DNA from: Candidatus Nitromaritima sp. SCGC AAA288-L16
GTDB lineage: Bacteria > Nitrospinota > Nitrospinia > Nitrospinales > VA-1
DNA: 64,000 nt
Assembly (NCBI GenBank): GCA_000372225.1
Contig: AQTY01000001.1
Location: 7,323 to 71,322 of the forward strand
Reading direction: 5' to 3'
The number at the start of each line of letters is the position of its first letter. Positions within the stretch are counted from its first letter, which is position 1. Of the stretch, positions 37,119 to 46,206 are shown in pieces. The notes beneath the pieces were generated by a model. The model was not told the DNA's origin. It ran no database searches and saw only the letters and a program-made list of their open reading frames with translations. A program made the translations under genes and the position numbers.

Positions 37119-37886
37119 TTGATGACTTCAATTTTCGATTCTGATGAGTTTAATCAAAACTTATTTTGTCCACGATTAGATAATTCTGCTGTTCCCAATA
37201 GAGCGGACGATATTTTTATCAAAGTAGAAAACAACTGCAACGTCCATGCGCGTTGCTATAAGAATTCGGAAGCCAAGTTCACCATTCTGTTTTTCCATGG
37301 GAACGGTGAAATTGTATCGGACTACAATGGGTTGGCGGAACATTTCATAAGATTTGGTTGTGAATTTATTGTTTGTGACTTCAGGGGATATGGCAGAAGT
37401 GAAGGTGTCCCAACGTTAAAGTCCACTCTAATAGATGCATCGACCATTTATTGTTATCTTATAGATAATAAGATTTTTAAAAAAAAAGTATGTGTGATGG
37501 GACGTTCTCTTGGTAGTGCTTCTGCCATTGAGCTTTGCGCCCGGTTTCCCGAGATTACATGTTGTATTATTGAAAGCGGTTACGCAGACCCTATACCACT
37601 TGTTGAAAGACGCGGATTGAATGTAACTAGTATAACAGCTGCTGAAAATGCCCTATTTAGCAATAGTGAAAAAATACGATTGGTAAAATGTCCTATTCTT
37701 ATAATGCATGGTGAAATGGATTCTCTCATTAGTCCCGAGGAAGCTAAGCTAAACTATAAAAACGCATCTTCTGTACATAAAAAACTGGCTATGTTGGAAG
37801 GAGTAGGGCACAACGACATAATGATGGCGCGGGATAATTCATACTTTTCATGTTTGTCGAGTTTTTTTTCTCAAGTGTTCAGATAA
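37119..37886 (+). CDS. alpha/beta hydrolase
   Basis: 255 aa (the ATG at 37122 is likely the start). It has FFHGNGE, the nucleophile elbow GRSLGSA, and a C-terminal GHND His motif. Confidence 0.8.
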   Translation: MMTSIFDSDEFNQNLFCPRLDNSAVPNRADDIFIKVENNCNVHARCYKNSEAKFTILFFHGNGEIVSDYNGLAEHFIRFGCEFIVCDFRGYGRSEGVPTLKSTLIDASTIYCYLIDNKIFKKKVCVMGRSLGSASAIELCARFPEITCCIIESGYADPIPLVERRGLNVTSITAAENALFSNSEKIRLVKCPILIMHGEMDSLISPEEAKLNYKNASSVHKKLAMLEGVGHNDIMMARDNSYFSCLSSFFSQVFR

Positions 37887-37909
37887 GATAATTTTTTTAA
37901 TCTGTTTGT

Positions 37910-39115
37910 TTGGAGTATTTAATGGCAACAAGGAATAGGTATTACAATATTGAAGGGACGATACGAAGCGGATTTAAACTTAGTCGAGACTACGAAACAC
38001 TTGATTTTAGTTTTATAAAGATGAATGACGATGGCGTTAGAGCTCTCGTTGGTTCACGGTCCATTAAACAATTAAAACGACTGACGATTAATAATAATAA
38101 ATTAACTCAGGAGAGCGGATTAGCTATTGCAGAGTCTAAATGGTTAGAAAACCTTCAATCATTAAAATTATATCGGAATAAAATAGGCCACGAGGGGCTA
38201 AAAGCATTGGCTGAATCAGATAAACTACCAAGCTTGAAATCACTTCGGTTAGCGCATAATCAAATTGGACCAGAGGGTGCGAAGTTTGTTGCAGAATCAA
38301 AGAATTTTGGCGGTTTGACCTCACTGGGACTTTCGGAAAATAGCCTAGGGGATGAAGGCATCAAATATTTGGCAGGGGCACAGAATTTAAAGGAATTAGA
38401 AATTTTAGATTTACGAAATAACAATATAACTGATGATGGTGCAACTGCATTTTCTACCTGCACAAATTTCCCCAACATTCAAAAAGTTGAATTGTCAGAT
38501 AATAAACTCACAGAAGTGGGTGAAAATGCTATGAAATCATTCCTGATTCTTAATTTAATTCATAAGGGAATTAAAGTGTCGGATGAAGGAATGATATGCG
38601 ATTTAAGCAATCTTGGGATTGGTGACCTTGAATGCGATTATATAGCAAATTATGAAGGCTTCGACAATCTAAAGCATTTATATTTGGAATTGAATAAAAT
38701 AACTGATGCTGGTATACAAAAAATTTCTAATTCAGAAAAAATGAAAGAGTTAACTCTCTTATCTCTAGACCGTAATAAGATAGGTGATAAAGGAGTTAAA
38801 AATATTGCCACATCCAGTTATTTAAATGGATTAACTCATTTAATGATTGAGCATAATGATATTACTGATGATGGAATAAATTCAATTTCATCGTCTGAAA
38901 ATATGAGTTCTTTATTAAGGTTGTACGTTGACGGGAACCTTCATACTGATGATGGATTTGACACTCTTGGTAATTCAGAATATTTAAAACAACTAGAATA
39001 TCCTGAGTTTGAACGTGATGAGGTTGAAATAGAAATGGTTGATGAGGAGGAAGAGTTCGAAGATATTGAAATCGAAGATGTGGAAGAAGAAGAAATTTTA
39101 GAAGATGATGAATAG
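37910..39115 (+). CDS. leucine-rich repeat protein, RI type, with acidic C-terminal tail
   Basis: 401 aa; ATG 37922 is a likely start. It has two blocks of ~28-aa LRRs (L..L.L..N.IG.EG...L). The tail reads EMVDEEEEFEDIEIEDVEEEEILEDDE. Confidence 0.8.
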   Translation: MEYLMATRNRYYNIEGTIRSGFKLSRDYETLDFSFIKMNDDGVRALVGSRSIKQLKRLTINNNKLTQESGLAIAESKWLENLQSLKLYRNKIGHEGLKALAESDKLPSLKSLRLAHNQIGPEGAKFVAESKNFGGLTSLGLSENSLGDEGIKYLAGAQNLKELEILDLRNNNITDDGATAFSTCTNFPNIQKVELSDNKLTEVGENAMKSFLILNLIHKGIKVSDEGMICDLSNLGIGDLECDYIANYEGFDNLKHLYLELNKITDAGIQKISNSEKMKELTLLSLDRNKIGDKGVKNIATSSYLNGLTHLMIEHNDITDDGINSISSSENMSSLLRLYVDGNLHTDDGFDTLGNSEYLKQLEYPEFERDEVEIEMVDEEEEFEDIEIEDVEEEEILEDDE

Positions 39116-39161
39116 GGGCTATAAAATTTTTAATTCTCACCTATTTAATAACAGTTCTATC

Positions 39162-39701
39162 CTACCAAGAAGAAGTCCACATTTCCTTAGTGGATTTCAT
39201 TTTAAAAATTTCAGCAACCTTCTTATTGAACATTTCATCGTCAAAGGATTTTGTGTACTGATCGCCCGTGCCGCGGAATGGATTCCAAGACATTACCATT
39301 CGCTCCACAAACATTTCCTCTAACTCTACACGTTTTATTTTTTTTATTATATGGGTTGCAGAGTCAACAAGAATTGCCCCCATCTGACATGAATCTTTTG
39401 CATATAGTTCTTCACAGTAACCCGGGGTTTCTTTTTCTTGTTGAGTAGGATTACAGGGTGCCTCCAATATCCAATTCTCACTTCCTATGGCAAAAAGGGG
39501 TATCGCCGGAAACTCTGACTCAATAAATAATTTAGTCCTCCATTTTCCTTCCCATGCATCTATTTTTTCTTGATTCAAATTTTCCACATTAGCCATAAAC
39601 AACATATCGCCTACTGGTGAAAATGAAAGACCTCCACCGGTACCTGCTATTTGTACAGGGCATTCTTTACCTTCTTCAAACTGAATTGCGGGCTGCTCCA
39701 T
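39162..39701 (-). CDS. hypothetical protein
   Basis: 179-aa ORF with no recognisable family. It is divergent from the MBL-fold gene. Confidence 0.5.
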   Translation of the reverse strand: MEQPAIQFEEGKECPVQIAGTGGGLSFSPVGDMLFMANVENLNQEKIDAWEGKWRTKLFIESEFPAIPLFAIGSENWILEAPCNPTQQEKETPGYCEELYAKDSCQMGAILVDSATHIIKKIKRVELEEMFVERMVMSWNPFRGTGDQYTKSFDDEMFNKKVAEIFKMKSTKEMWTSSW

Positions 39702-39830
39702 TAGTTTTATATCCTTGAAAATTAATTTTTTTTTTGAATATTTAATTTAGCAAAAACGAAACTGAATGTGTAAAAGAAATTGTTTTAAAGAGAATCTAAA
39801 AGAACTTGAGAATATAAAGTTATTAAGTTA

Positions 39831-41255
39831 GTGTTATTAGTTTACTTACTATTAATTAAAATAATGCTAATAACTACCCTGATCGCGCATGCTAGCATGC
39901 TCATACAGTCGAACAAAACAACCATTCTAACCGATCCCGTTTGGTTTGATTACCTATGGGAGGAGGTTAATGTCCTGTGTCCCAGTATAGACCTCGATCT
40001 CAAAAAAATCCCACCAGTTGATGTTCTTAATATTTCCCATCGTCACCAAGATCATTTCGATGTCCGCACCTTAGCTTATTTGGCGAGAAGCGATTCTGTC
40101 TTGAAACCAGATGCTACGATACTTGCTCCCAATGATGATATTCTAATTAATGTATTAAAGGAGCTTAATTATAAAAATATTATCATTGTAGAAGATTTTA
40201 AATCGATTTCGATAGGAGATGTGACCTTTACGCCAACACCTTCACTTAACGAAGGAGACTATTTCCCGGAACACGGTCTTCTTGTTAACGATGGTGAGGT
40301 TACAATCTGGAATCAAGTTGACACCGTAGTCAATCCCGAGATTATTTCATATATTAATAAGTTGTATGGCCGATTGGATTTTTCTCACTCTCGGTTTCTT
40401 CCTTTATTGGAGGGTAATTTCACCCATCACAAAACTTTAGCTATACCTTTTGAAGAATATAGTTCATTTTTGAAGGTGGCAGGAGCACTTAAACCTAAAT
40501 TTATTGTTCCTGGTTCAGCTGCATTTAGATATCGGGATGAACTTGATTTCCTAAACCGATATTCATTTCCCACCACACCAGAACAATTTTTGGCGGACTT
40601 AGAAGATTTTTGTCCCGATATAAAGACAAGCACTTTTAATTCTGGAGATGTAGCCTTTATATCAAAAGAAGGTGTGAGGATAGACAAACAGTCTTCTGAT
40701 TTTGTTCGGATTCTTATTGATGATAGTGATAAAATTACTTTCAAACCAGTTATGGAAGTTAGGCCAATCATATCAATACCCAGTGATCCAGAATCAACTA
40801 GTAAAGAGATACAAATAATCGAAGAATTTATTGGTGGTACATATTTAGAAAAATTGACTGCCTCTGATAAGATTGATGGTTGGCGACATTGGCAGACTTT
40901 ATATCAGTTAGAAATATTTGACTCGAATGGAAATTCTAAAAGCTGGAATATTGATTTCAGGGATAAAAAATTACGAGTAGATAAAAAGAGCCCAGGCAAA
41001 ATTAATCTCTATGAAGGGATTGCTGCGTCTGATTTTTTTAAATTGATTAATGGTACCACTTCATGGGATTTTGTGGGCCTTAGTGGTAACTATAGAACGT
41101 TCAGCAACATCTATAGGGTCGGCCTAGGTACTTTTGAATTTTTCCCGATAGATAGGCCTTTTCCTTTACCGTTATTACAAGTTTTTCCAAGTGATAGAGA
41201 AATGGATCGAAATAAATATATGAAAGATGTTTTGCGATGGAAAGAGAAGGCATGA
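39831..41255 (+). CDS. MBL-fold metallo-hydrolase with SCP2-like C-terminal region
   Basis: The likely start is ATG 39864 (MLITTLIAHASMLIQ). It has the metal motif SHRHQDHFD. The C-terminal ~150 aa, ending ...LYEGIAASDFFKLINGTTSWDFVGLSGNYRTFSN, resemble an SCP2 sterol-carrier fold by eye. Confidence 0.7.
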   Translation: MLLVYLLLIKIMLITTLIAHASMLIQSNKTTILTDPVWFDYLWEEVNVLCPSIDLDLKKIPPVDVLNISHRHQDHFDVRTLAYLARSDSVLKPDATILAPNDDILINVLKELNYKNIIIVEDFKSISIGDVTFTPTPSLNEGDYFPEHGLLVNDGEVTIWNQVDTVVNPEIISYINKLYGRLDFSHSRFLPLLEGNFTHHKTLAIPFEEYSSFLKVAGALKPKFIVPGSAAFRYRDELDFLNRYSFPTTPEQFLADLEDFCPDIKTSTFNSGDVAFISKEGVRIDKQSSDFVRILIDDSDKITFKPVMEVRPIISIPSDPESTSKEIQIIEEFIGGTYLEKLTASDKIDGWRHWQTLYQLEIFDSNGNSKSWNIDFRDKKLRVDKKSPGKINLYEGIAASDFFKLINGTTSWDFVGLSGNYRTFSNIYRVGLGTFEFFPIDRPFPLPLLQVFPSDREMDRNKYMKDVLRWKEKA

Positions 41256-41335
41256 GGTAAGCATCTTAACGCATTACTTTAAAATTGCGATATGAGAATG
41301 ATTGGGTTAGTATTTCGATGCTTCTTTCGTGATAA

Positions 41336-41412
41336 GGCGGTGTAGCTCAGCTGGTTAGAGCATACGGTTCATATCCGTAGTGTCCGGGGTTCAAGTCCCT
41401 GCACCGCCACCA
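41336..41412 (+). tRNA. tRNA with CAT anticodon (elongator Met, or Ile2 if lysidine-modified)
   Basis: 77 nt. Acceptor GGCGGTG/CACCGCC, D arm GCTC-AGCTGGTTA-GAGC, anticodon stem TACGG/CCGTA with loop TTCATAT, T arm CGGGG-TTCAAGT-CCCTG, 3' ACCA. The paired G1-C72 argues against an initiator tRNA. Confidence 0.9.
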
Positions 41413-41420
41413 AGTAAGTA

Positions 41421-41456
41421 AGGGCCTCCAGAGTTTATCTGTTGGCCCTTTTTTTT
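41421..41456 (+). terminator. Rho-independent terminator after the tRNA
   Basis: AGGGCC (41421-41426) pairs with GGCCCT (41444-41449), followed by a T-run to 41456. The loop is long (17 nt). Confidence 0.55.
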
Positions 41457-41659
41457 GATTAAATAAAGATTAATAGAAATGTTACTATCATTTTTTTAAT
41501 TATTATTAATTCAATTGTCTTGAGTTAAAATAATACAGGAATCTGATTATCCTGTTCTAAACATCTTTACCGCTAATTATTTTGATTTCATTGTGTCTTT
41601 GCTATTTATCACTAGTGTTTCCTTATCGATTTTCATATTAAGTTTTTTGCAAGTTCTAT

Positions 41660-42853
41660 ATGAGTATTAAGCGTGTTATTTTTTTTGATTGCTTCTCTGG
41701 CATAAGCGGGGATATGATTTTGGGTGCCCTTGTGAGCTTGGGGGTCGATATAAAAGAAATACAAAATTGGCTCAAGTCTTTAAAATTAAAGGGCTATAAA
41801 CTTAATTCGCGACAAGTCAAACGAAATGGGTTCGTTGGCACCAAGGTTAATGTGGTTTTAAATCAAACCTCTCAAAAATCCTGCCCCGCACGATCTTTCA
41901 ATGATATTAAAAGTCTAATTGAAAAATCAGATTTACCACAAATCGTAAAATTTAATTCTATTGCAATTTTTCGACGTATTGGCAAAGTTGAAGCTAAAGT
42001 ACATGGAACTACAATTAATAGGATTCACTTCCATGAAGTAGGGGCTATCGATTCCATTATTGATATTGTTGGCGGGTCATTAGCTATGGATTTGTTAGAT
42101 GCTGGTCTGATAATCTCATCGCCAATAAATACAGGTGAAGGGATAGTTAAATGTGATCATGGCGTATTACCCGTGCCTGCACCGGCAACTCTAGAACTAT
42201 TAAAAGGTATTCCCTGTTATTCTAGTGGAGTTGAAAAAGAATTGACCACTCCCACGGGCGCTGCATTTATTGGGCATTTCGCAGAAAAATTTGGATCTTT
42301 ACCTAATATGGATGTGTTAAGCACCGGTTATGGTGCAGGTACCCATGAGATAAAAAATATTCCTAATCTCCTTCGGGTTGTCCTTGGAAAAAGTGAAGAG
42401 TCATCTCATCATCGATCAATGAAGGTAATAGAAACAAATATTGATGATATGAATCCAGAGTTTTATGATTATGTGATAGATCAATTGTTCAATGCTGGTG
42501 CAGTTGATGTTTTTTTCGCGCCGATACACATGAAAAAAAATAGACCCGGAATACTTCTATCAGTAATAACTTCTACAGAGTTCTTTGATTCGGTAGTACG
42601 AGTTTTACTAGAGGAAACGTCAACGCTTGGTGTTAGACATTATGATGTCGATCGTGTGGAATTGCCACGAAAACAAACAATGATTATGACCCCTTTTGGA
42701 AAGGTGCGTGTAAAAATAGGAGGACTTGACAAATCTTCACGAACTATTTCGCCTGAGTATGAAGACTGCAGAAAAATCGCTCTAAAAAAAGAAATCCCAG
42801 TTAAAAGGGTCTACGATGAAGCATTAAAAGTTGCGTGGAAGTTAGAAATGTAG
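41660..42853 (+). CDS. larC: nickel insertion protein LarC (DUF111 family)
   Basis: 397 aa with FDCFSGISGDMILGAL, HFHEVGAIDSIIDIVG and LPVPAPAT motifs. Confidence 0.9.
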   Translation: MSIKRVIFFDCFSGISGDMILGALVSLGVDIKEIQNWLKSLKLKGYKLNSRQVKRNGFVGTKVNVVLNQTSQKSCPARSFNDIKSLIEKSDLPQIVKFNSIAIFRRIGKVEAKVHGTTINRIHFHEVGAIDSIIDIVGGSLAMDLLDAGLIISSPINTGEGIVKCDHGVLPVPAPATLELLKGIPCYSSGVEKELTTPTGAAFIGHFAEKFGSLPNMDVLSTGYGAGTHEIKNIPNLLRVVLGKSEESSHHRSMKVIETNIDDMNPEFYDYVIDQLFNAGAVDVFFAPIHMKKNRPGILLSVITSTEFFDSVVRVLLEETSTLGVRHYDVDRVELPRKQTMIMTPFGKVRVKIGGLDKSSRTISPEYEDCRKIALKKEIPVKRVYDEALKVAWKLEM

Positions 42854-42861
42854 ACTGATTA

Positions 42862-43143
42862 TTATAGACCGTGTTTGGACAGGTGTTCTTCATAGTGTTT
42901 GTTATAGAGAATGTCCCACTCATCCGTACCTTCACGTAGTTTACGGGAGTAAGACGCGCATACCTTACGGGCATTTTCATCCGCTTGGTCTTCAATTTTT
43001 AAATATTCGTTCATAACATGAGTAATTTCAAGACGGACTTCATTTAGCTCTGCCTTATAATCGAAATCTTCCATGTTCTCAAGTTTGTCAATAATTATTT
43101 TACTAATGTGATTAACTTTTTCTCTGCTTATTCTCATATTCAT
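42862..43143 (-). CDS. DUF507 family protein
   Basis: 93 aa. It is a paralogue of the adjacent gene (same length, similar KI..KII..L N-terminus and R.KL...G C-terminal pattern). Confidence 0.75.
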   Translation of the reverse strand: MNMRISREKVNHISKIIIDKLENMEDFDYKAELNEVRLEITHVMNEYLKIEDQADENARKVCASYSRKLREGTDEWDILYNKHYEEHLSKHGL

Positions 43144-43149
43144 ATCTTG

Positions 43150-43431
43150 TTAAAATATTAACCCACGCTCACGGGCCAACTTAGATTTGACCAATTGAAA
43201 AACTCTTCCATAATCAATCATACTGCGCTCATATTCATCAGTCCTTGAATCGAGTAATTCTTTAACCTCTTCATTGAGATGGTCTTCAACCATCAGGTCA
43301 TCTATGATTATCTCACTGATTATCGACTCTAATTTATTATGACTACTTTCCCAGATAATTAAATTTTTGCTAAGCAATGATTCAATGATTTTTTTTGAAA
43401 TTTTTTCAATGGATTCTTTCTTAAGTCTCAT
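43150..43431 (-). CDS. DUF507 family protein
   Basis: 93 aa with MRLKKESIEKISKKIIESL...LVKSKLARERGLIF, typical of DUF507. Confidence 0.75.
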   Translation of the reverse strand: MRLKKESIEKISKKIIESLLSKNLIIWESSHNKLESIISEIIIDDLMVEDHLNEEVKELLDSRTDEYERSMIDYGRVFQLVKSKLARERGLIF

Positions 43432-43600
43432 TTGTCAATTAGTAAATAAATATTTTTAGTTTGAATATTGTTATTCGAAAAACATTAATTGGCGAAGTAA
43501 AAAAAGTTGCAAAAAAACCACCTATGGAAAATAACTTCAAAATAAAATAAGAGGCCGGATGAGTTTTTCACTGTTTATTTTAAAATTCATAATAATCCGA

Positions 43601-43783
43601 TCATTCTTTCTCACCTAACACAAGTATAAGATTATCCGCAGTTATTTGAAGGTCAAGTATTTTAATGTTTTTATTGTGAAGATCAGCAATCATTTTATTA
43701 GCCATTTTTTCAATGGCGGCGGCATTTTCTTCAACTATATTTATAACCTTAATACCCGCAATGATATGGCCTTCCATTTCCAT
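43601..43783 (-). CDS. hypothetical small protein
   Basis: 60-aa ORF co-directional with the DUF507 pair. No family recognised, so coding status is uncertain. Confidence 0.3.
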   Translation of the reverse strand: MEMEGHIIAGIKVINIVEENAAAIEKMANKMIADLHNKNIKILDLQITADNLILVLGEKE

Positions 43784-44031
43784 ATGGGTCTACCAAAAAC
43801 AAGAGATCATAACTACCATAGTAATGATGTTACTCTTTCTATAAAAGAATTTTATTATGTATTATTTTTATCATTCCATCAATTTATTAATAAATCTGCA
43901 CAATATCTCTATAACTGAGTTATTTAATTGAATATTGAATTTCGAGTTTATTTTCAGTAATATGTTTGTAATTCTCTTCTAATTGCTAGTTAGAATTTTA
44001 AAGTTTTTTGATTTATTTTATTTTTTTAGTC

Positions 44032-44058
44032 GCGTCGAGGCATGTCGGCGCTTTTTTT
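44032..44058 (+). terminator. terminator-like hairpin plus T7 tract 22 nt upstream of tatC
   Basis: GCGTCGA (44032-44038) pairs with TCGGCGC (44045-44051) as 7 bp with one G-U. The loop is 6 nt, followed by TTTTTTT at 44052-44058. Confidence 0.5.
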
Positions 44059-44080
44059 ATTTTAGAAATTTGCTTATACA

Positions 44081-44932
44081 GTGGTTAAAAACGTAAACTT
44101 TACTGAGAAAATTCCTATCAGTCACCATCTTATCGAAATTCGTGATCGATTGGTGCTTGTCGGTATTGTTGTTGGTCTTTTTTTTGGTTTGTGTTTTTAT
44201 TTTATAGACTTTCTACTTCTCTGGCTACAAGATCCCCTCCCTTTGAAGTATCGCAATGCACTAATTTATATATCCCCTACTGAAGTTTTTTTTACCCATA
44301 TGAAGGTTGCTTTTATGGGGTCCACGTTTATATCCATGCCATTTATTCTCTACCATATTTGGTTTTTTATAGCCCCTGGACTAAAAGTTAAAGAAAAGAA
44401 AATTACTTCTATGTTTGTCCTTGCAGGAACATTTTTTTTCATTTTTGGAGGAATCTTTTGTTATTTTCTTGTATTACCCCTTGGGTTGAAGTTTCTGCTT
44501 GGATATGGGTCTAAATTTTGGACAATGCAGGTAACTATCGAGCTTTATTTCAATTTTATTGTAAAACTTATACTAGCATTTGCCTTTGCTTTCCAAACCC
44601 CTTTGTTGATGGTTTTACTTACTAAGTTTGGAGTAACTAATACGGTCCAAATGAAGTTGTACCGAAAATGGGCCTTTCTTGGATGCTTTTTGCTTGCCTC
44701 TGTTTTAACCCCTCCTGATATTATTACTCAGGTTTTGCTTGGTTTTCCCTTATACGGACTTTATGAGTTTGGAGTTATTATATCCACCTGGTTTGAAGAT
44801 CCAAAACAACGTGAGCTAATTTTGAGAAGAATGGAAGCCGAAAAAGAGGCACGTAAAATGGCTAAACAGGGGAAGGCGGCTCCTAAAACAAAGAGTAAAG
44901 TGACTGTCAAAAAAGTTGTTCTTGATGAATAA
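44081..44932 (+). CDS. tatC: twin-arginine translocase subunit TatC
   Basis: 283 aa with a GTG start, HLIEIRDRL near the N-terminus, six TM helices and a charged C-terminal tail. Confidence 0.9.
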   Translation: MVKNVNFTEKIPISHHLIEIRDRLVLVGIVVGLFFGLCFYFIDFLLLWLQDPLPLKYRNALIYISPTEVFFTHMKVAFMGSTFISMPFILYHIWFFIAPGLKVKEKKITSMFVLAGTFFFIFGGIFCYFLVLPLGLKFLLGYGSKFWTMQVTIELYFNFIVKLILAFAFAFQTPLLMVLLTKFGVTNTVQMKLYRKWAFLGCFLLASVLTPPDIITQVLLGFPLYGLYEFGVIISTWFEDPKQRELILRRMEAEKEARKMAKQGKAAPKTKSKVTVKKVVLDE

Positions 44933-44945
44933 GGCAATAAAAAAA

Positions 44946-45632
44946 CTAAAATAAGAAACCAAGAAGAGTGTTTACCCTTGGATAAGCACTTTTGATAATA
45001 ACTCCTCCTGCTGCACAACTTGCATGGAAAATGATGGAAGAATAAAGTGTTTTGGTAGATTTATATAGAAAGCTTGTGACGACGCCTAATCCAAAAGACC
45101 CTAGACTCAATTTAAATCCAGCTAAGGAATAAATAATGCCTGAAGCATAAATTGCAAGGATTGGATTTATTTTTTTTAATATTGACTGGAATATAATTCC
45201 TGTAAAAAACACTTGTTCTATGAAAGGAATTATTAAAAGGATACCTGCGTATTCTGCCGTAGAACCCATATAAATAAAACTTTTTGCATCTGGTCGATTG
45301 TTGAATAAATCGTGATCGGCCAGGCCTGTTGAATCGATACCAAAATTCAATAAAAATAGACCGAATAATAATCCTCCGCCGGATAAGAACCCGATAAGCA
45401 AGTCATTCTTTAAATATTTTATGGAAAAGCCTAATATCTTGATATTTAATCTATATAACGCAAATAAAATAATCACGAAAAAATAGATACTATCTATATA
45501 TTTGAATAGCCATGGGTTCGTGTGGAAAAATATGTTTTTCCCAGGAAGAACAAGCAGTAGGTAAAAACTTAGGATGGGAATTGTGGTGCGAACTGACCAT
45601 GGAGCACCGCAATTATTGTCATTACTGTGCAA
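44946..45632 (-). CDS. CPBP (CAAX-like) intramembrane protease family protein, divergent
   Basis: 228-aa polytopic protein. PFIEQVFFTGIIF sits in place of the EExxxR motif, and IIFHASCAAGG in place of HxxxN. The match is by eye only. Confidence 0.5.
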   Translation of the reverse strand: MHSNDNNCGAPWSVRTTIPILSFYLLLVLPGKNIFFHTNPWLFKYIDSIYFFVIILFALYRLNIKILGFSIKYLKNDLLIGFLSGGGLLFGLFLLNFGIDSTGLADHDLFNNRPDAKSFIYMGSTAEYAGILLIIPFIEQVFFTGIIFQSILKKINPILAIYASGIIYSLAGFKLSLGSFGLGVVTSFLYKSTKTLYSSIIFHASCAAGGVIIKSAYPRVNTLLGFLF

Positions 45633-45680
45633 TGTATCTTCTCTCTAAATAAAAGTAATGCCCCTAGACATACTATAAAG

Positions 45681-45929
45681 TTATTTGGTTGTTAGATTTT
45701 GCTTTTTCCCGGACAAGTGTCCGATTGGAAAGCTTGTTTTCACTCCACTTAAATGTTCATCCCTAAAAGTTAATTCTGGGTGAATACCGCCACTGATGTG
45801 CGTTATTTTTGTCTGGATGGATCGGTCTGATGAGTTAATTTCCGCCCTAATTATTTTTGACTGGATATAGAATCCACCAAAAATTAGGGCTGACAATAAG
45901 CAGGATTCAATAAATATATTTTTCCACAT
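45681..45929 (-). CDS. hypothetical small membrane-anchored protein
   Basis: 82-aa ORF with one N-terminal hydrophobic helix. Confidence 0.35.
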   Translation of the reverse strand: MWKNIFIESCLLSALIFGGFYIQSKIIRAEINSSDRSIQTKITHISGGIHPELTFRDEHLSGVKTSFPIGHLSGKKQNLTTK

Positions 45930-46026
45930 TTCAGCAGGTAATGGTAGTTGTCTTAAAAACGCGTTACATTATATCTTTTTTGTCGCGACAATAAACTAGT
46001 TAATTGTAAAGAAAAAATCGCTGTAG

Positions 46027-46055
46027 TTGACAAAAATCAGGTATTTATTTACTAT
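46027..46055 (+). promoter_or_regulatory. candidate sigma-70 promoter for rpiB-glyA-nrdR
   Basis: TTGACA (46027-46032), a 17-nt spacer, then TACTAT (46050-46055). It lies ~150 nt upstream of rpiB. Confidence 0.35.
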
Positions 46056-46206
46056 CAGATATCAATATTTCTGCTTTGCGTATTGATTCTTTTGCGGTAG
46101 TGGTTTTGAACTTATTGTCTTTCTCTCCAAAAATTTTTTTCTCTCGACCGGTGTTTTATAGGCTAATACTGCACCACTTATTAATATTGATTAGTAAATA
46201 TTTTTC

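Noticed and set aside
43646-43918. 90-aa plus-strand ORF upstream of tatC
   Set aside because: The translation is very AT-rich and low-complexity (Phe/Asn/Ile/Tyr-rich). It overlaps the minus-strand 60-aa ORF and has no RBS-like sequence. The region is instead flagged as a possible non-coding transcript.
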